From an uncultured Oscillospiraceae bacterium (lineage in GTDB: Bacteria; Bacillota; Clostridia; Oscillospirales; Oscillospiraceae), in NCBI GenBank assembly GCA_964541215.1, contig CAZIPP010000001.1:1451-49261 (forward strand): 47,811 bases of DNA, written 5' to 3'. Of the stretch, positions 45,088-47,811 are shown piece after piece. The notes under the pieces are model-generated. The model was given only the letters and a program-made list of their open reading frames with translations. It was not told where the DNA came from and did not search any database. The position numbers and the translations under genes are program-made. Each line of letters opens with the position of its first letter. Within the stretch, counting starts at the first letter, position 1.

Positions 45088-45940
45088 AGGCGCTTCCTCC
45101 CTTCATGGAGAGGATTCTGTCCTTTGCCTGAGAAACAGTATAAACGGAAGTGTCTATATCCAGTCCCATTTCTTTAAGCTTCAGCACAACTTCTGTTATA
45201 AGGGGAACATCAAGTCCAATATCTTTCAGTTCGGAAGCTTTGGAATATATTTTCTGCGGGTCTCCATCCATGGATATCTTTGCATCATTGAATACAACAA
45301 GTCGCTCAGCGTTTTCTGCCATCTCTTCCATACTGTGAGAGACCATGATAATGGTAGCGCCGGTCGCATCACGGTAAGCACGGATATTATCCAGAATACT
45401 GTTCCTTCCTTCGGGGTCAAGCCCGGCGGTGGGTTCATCAAGTATAAGTACCTTTGGTTCCATGGCAATAACGCCGGCAATTGCAACGCGGCGTTTCTGA
45501 CCTCCGGAGAGTTCAAAGGGAGACTTACCCAACATATCCTCAGTTACGCCAACAAATCCCGCAGCCTTGAGAACGCGGCGTTTTACCTCTTCGTCAGAAA
45601 GCTTCATGTTTTTGGGTCCAAAAGCAATGTCCTCAAAAACGGTCTCTTCAAAAAGCTGGTATTCGGGATACTGAAATACAAGACCCACCTGAAATCTAAC
45701 GTCACGAGTCTTTATCTTCCAGATATCCTCTCCATTGAACAGGACGTGACCGGAAGTAGGCTTAAGCAAACCATTCAAATGCTGAATGAAGGTCGATTTA
45801 CCGGAACCTGTATGACCAATGATACCGATGAATTCACCGGCATCAGCTGAAAAATCTATGCCATCAATGGCAACATGCTCAAAAGGAGTGCCTGCAGAGT
45901 AGACATGCCTGAGCTGCTGTGTTTGGATCAAAGGAGCCAA
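45080..45940 (-). CDS. ecfA2: ECF transporter ATPase subunit A2
   Basis: TTG start 8 nt after GGAGG. Motifs GHTGSGKST, LSGGQKRRVAIAG, LILDEPTAGLD. Confidence 0.9.
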   Translation of the reverse strand: MAPLIQTQQLRHVYSAGTPFEHVAIDGIDFSADAGEFIGIIGHTGSGKSTFIQHLNGLLKPTSGHVLFNGEDIWKIKTRDVRFQVGLVFQYPEYQLFEETVFEDIAFGPKNMKLSDEEVKRRVLKAAGFVGVTEDMLGKSPFELSGGQKRRVAIAGVIAMEPKVLILDEPTAGLDPEGRNSILDNIRAYRDATGATIIMVSHSMEEMAENAERLVVFNDAKISMDGDPQKIYSKASELKDIGLDVPLITEVVLKLKEMGLDIDTSVYTVSQAKDRILSMKGGSAYA

Positions 45941-45959
45941 TTACGCATCCTCCGTATAA

Positions 45960-46814
45960 TTAATTTCCTTTTGTGATGTAATCGTACAAAACCTCAGCGC
46001 ATTCAGTTACAGATAAAGCTTCCAAAGGAAACTCAGCGCCGAGAGAATTCAGTTCATATAGCAGAGCTGTTGTATCAGGTACAGTAAGCCCCACGCTCTT
46101 CAAAAGTTCAACATTGGCAAAAACCTTACGCGGAACATCGTCAGCTATTATCTTTCCATCAGACATTACAATAAGCCTGTCTGCATCGATAGCTTCCCGC
46201 ATATGATGAGTGATAAGCACAACTGTAATGCCGGCTTCACGATTAAGCTTCATTATGGTTTCGATAACATCTTTTCTGCCCTGCGGATCCAGCATAGCCG
46301 TAGGCTCGTCCAGCACTATGCAGCGGGGACGCATGGCAATAACACCTGCAATAGCGATACGCTGTTTCTGCCCGCCCGACAAAAGATGAGGCGCATGTTC
46401 ACGGTAGTCATACATGCCAACCAGTTTCAATGCATCATCAACACGCTGGCGTATCTCAGACGGAGGGATACCCAGGTTTTCGGGAGCAAAAGCCACATCT
46501 TCTTCAACAACGTTTGAAACTATCTGATTGTCCGGGTTTTGGAACACCATTCCAACGTTGCGGCGAATGTTAATAATATCGTCTTCATTGGATGAATCGT
46601 AACCGGCTATCCAAACCTTTCCGCCGGATGGCAGCAATACCGAGTTCATGTGCTTTGCCAAAGTGGACTTTCCTGAGCCATTATGCCCCAGCACTACCAC
46701 GAATGAACCTTCTTCTATCTCAAGATCCAGATCTTCAAAAACAAGCTGAGCAAGATTTTCTGAGCTTTCAGGATAGGCAAAGGAAGTATTTTCAAATTTG
46801 ATAAGTTCGCTCAT
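45960..46814 (-). CDS. ecfA1: ECF transporter ATPase subunit A1
   Basis: I prefer ATG 46814 (MSELIKFEN) because GAAAGGA lies 5 nt upstream. The tracked start 46895 lies inside the upstream gene. Motifs GHNGSGKST, LSGGQKQRIAIAG, IVLDEPTAMLD. Confidence 0.9.
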   Translation of the reverse strand: MSELIKFENTSFAYPESSENLAQLVFEDLDLEIEEGSFVVVLGHNGSGKSTLAKHMNSVLLPSGGKVWIAGYDSSNEDDIINIRRNVGMVFQNPDNQIVSNVVEEDVAFAPENLGIPPSEIRQRVDDALKLVGMYDYREHAPHLLSGGQKQRIAIAGVIAMRPRCIVLDEPTAMLDPQGRKDVIETIMKLNREAGITVVLITHHMREAIDADRLIVMSDGKIIADDVPRKVFANVELLKSVGLTVPDTTALLYELNSLGAEFPLEALSVTECAEVLYDYITKGN

Positions 46815-46815
46815 T

Positions 46816-47709
46816 TTAGTCCTTTCGCCAACGTCCGGCACTGCCGCAAGGCAGCACGAGTCCGCTGCTTTCAACAGGAAGTCCAAGCTCGTCACATTCG
46901 ACTATGCCCCCGTGCTGCTTCCGAACAGTAACGCCCAGAATATAGCTCAGCACAGAAGGAGCAAGACCTGTCGTATAGGAATTGATTATTACGAAATCGG
47001 GATCATCTGAAAGCACCCTTGCACAAAGCTTTACAAAGTCAAACAGATCATTTTCAAGCTTCCAAATCTCTCCGGAAGGTCCACGACCATAGCTGGGCGG
47101 ATCCATAATTATTGCATCATATCTGCGTCCACGCCGAATCTCACGTTCAATAAACTTCGCGCAGTCGTCAACTATCCAACGTACCGGAGCTTCGGACAGC
47201 CCGGAAGCGGCAGCGTTTTCCCTTGCCCAAGCTACCATTCCCTTGGCAGCATCCACATGGCACACCTTTGCACCGGCAGAAGCAGCCGCCACAGTGGCGC
47301 CTCCTGTATAAGCAAACAGGTTCAGTACGTTAAGCTGACGACCTGCCTTTTTGCAGCGGCTTCTGATGAAATCCCAGTTTGCAGCCTGTTCAGGGAAGAT
47401 TCCTGTATGCTTAAAATTCATGGGCTTGACATTGAAGGTCAGATCATCATAATGGATCTGCCAGCTCTTTGGAAGGCTATGCTTTGACCAGCTTCCACCA
47501 CCGGTTGAAGAACGGGAATATACAGCATCTGCTTTGTTCCAGCCGGGATGAGCCTTTTTAGTATCCCATATTACCTGAGGGTCGGGACGAACAAGAATAT
47601 ACTTCCCCCAGGATTCCAGCTTTTGTCCGCCGGAAGTATCTAAAACTCTGTAATCAGTCCATTTATCGGAAAGCCACAAAATATAACACCCACTTGTTAA
47701 TTGATTCAT
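46816..47709 (-). CDS. Class I SAM-dependent methyltransferase (RlmI/YwbD-like, lacks a PUA domain)
   Basis: SAM-binding motif VLNLFAYTGGATVAAA and the catalytic-type motif AIIMDPPSYGRG. 297 aa. No obvious SD before ATG 47709. Confidence 0.8.
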   Translation of the reverse strand: MNQLTSGCYILWLSDKWTDYRVLDTSGGQKLESWGKYILVRPDPQVIWDTKKAHPGWNKADAVYSRSSTGGGSWSKHSLPKSWQIHYDDLTFNVKPMNFKHTGIFPEQAANWDFIRSRCKKAGRQLNVLNLFAYTGGATVAAASAGAKVCHVDAAKGMVAWARENAAASGLSEAPVRWIVDDCAKFIEREIRRGRRYDAIIMDPPSYGRGPSGEIWKLENDLFDFVKLCARVLSDDPDFVIINSYTTGLAPSVLSYILGVTVRKQHGGIVECDELGLPVESSGLVLPCGSAGRWRKD

Positions 47710-47734
47710 TTACAGCTAAAATGCCAGATATTAA

Positions 47735-47763
47735 ATTATACCATTTATAAGCGCTTTAGTCAA
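47735..47763 (-). promoter_or_regulatory. Putative promoter of the methyltransferase-ecfA1A2T-truA operon (TTGACT-17-TGgTATAAT)
   Basis: On the minus strand, TTGACT is at 47763..47758 and TATAAT at 47740..47735, with an extended -10 TG and a 17-nt spacer. Confidence 0.6.
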
Positions 47764-47811
47764 TGAAACGATAGCGTTGTCCCAAATAACCTAAAGTGTT
47801 GCGATTTCAAC

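Noticed and set aside
45071-45850. 259-aa + strand ORF
   Set aside because: It is antisense to ecfA2, which has Walker and signature motifs on the other strand. Shadow ORF.

Overview
This 47.8-kb window looks like a chromosomal segment of a spore-forming Firmicute, class Clostridia. The gene content (spoIIR, a SleC-like cortex lytic enzyme, an SLH surface protein, a type-A RNase P RNA) fits an Oscillospiraceae/Ruminococcaceae-like organism, but I cannot prove the taxon. All protein calls rest on motifs I recognise in the translations. No BLAST or HMM search was possible.

The window is densely packed with core or housekeeping genes, mostly on the minus strand:
- SLH surface protein (partial)
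- MacB/YknXYZ-type tripartite efflux operon (membrane fusion protein, ATPase, FtsX permease)
- addB-addA preceded by spoIIR
- ispE, a DUF1015 protein, cofactor-independent phosphoglycerate mutase, a DUF378 protein, gdhA, an aminotransferase
- a SleC-like cortex-lytic module
- BMP/nucleoside-type ABC importer (ATPase plus two permeases)
- copA, two orphan genes, rnpB, murD
- three tandem M42 peptidases, a YnbB-like PLP enzyme, ispD-ispF
- gshAB, a ClpE-like AAA+ ATPase, pgsA, a membrane-anchored hypothetical protein
- truA with ecfT-ecfA2-ecfA1, and a SAM methyltransferase

I saw no transposase, integrase, phage genes, CRISPR array, toxin-antitoxin pair or recognisable defence genes. I did not find a convincing new multi-gene system.

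The best leads are:
1. A SleC-like pre-pro-enzyme split into two in-frame ORFs by a single TAA that is followed directly by a Shine-Dalgarno (SD) sequence.
2. A 128-nt branched inverted-repeat element with A7/T7 flanks between copA and the ABC operon.
3. A 49-aa protein that is 47% Asn with period-2 alternation, divergent from the efflux operon.
4. Two sporulation genes (spoIIR and the SleC pro-domain ORF) whose SD lies in the 3' arm of the upstream terminator, with a promoter-like -10 placed so that transcription would start inside the hairpin.

Several long ORFs in the supplied track are antisense shadows of real genes.
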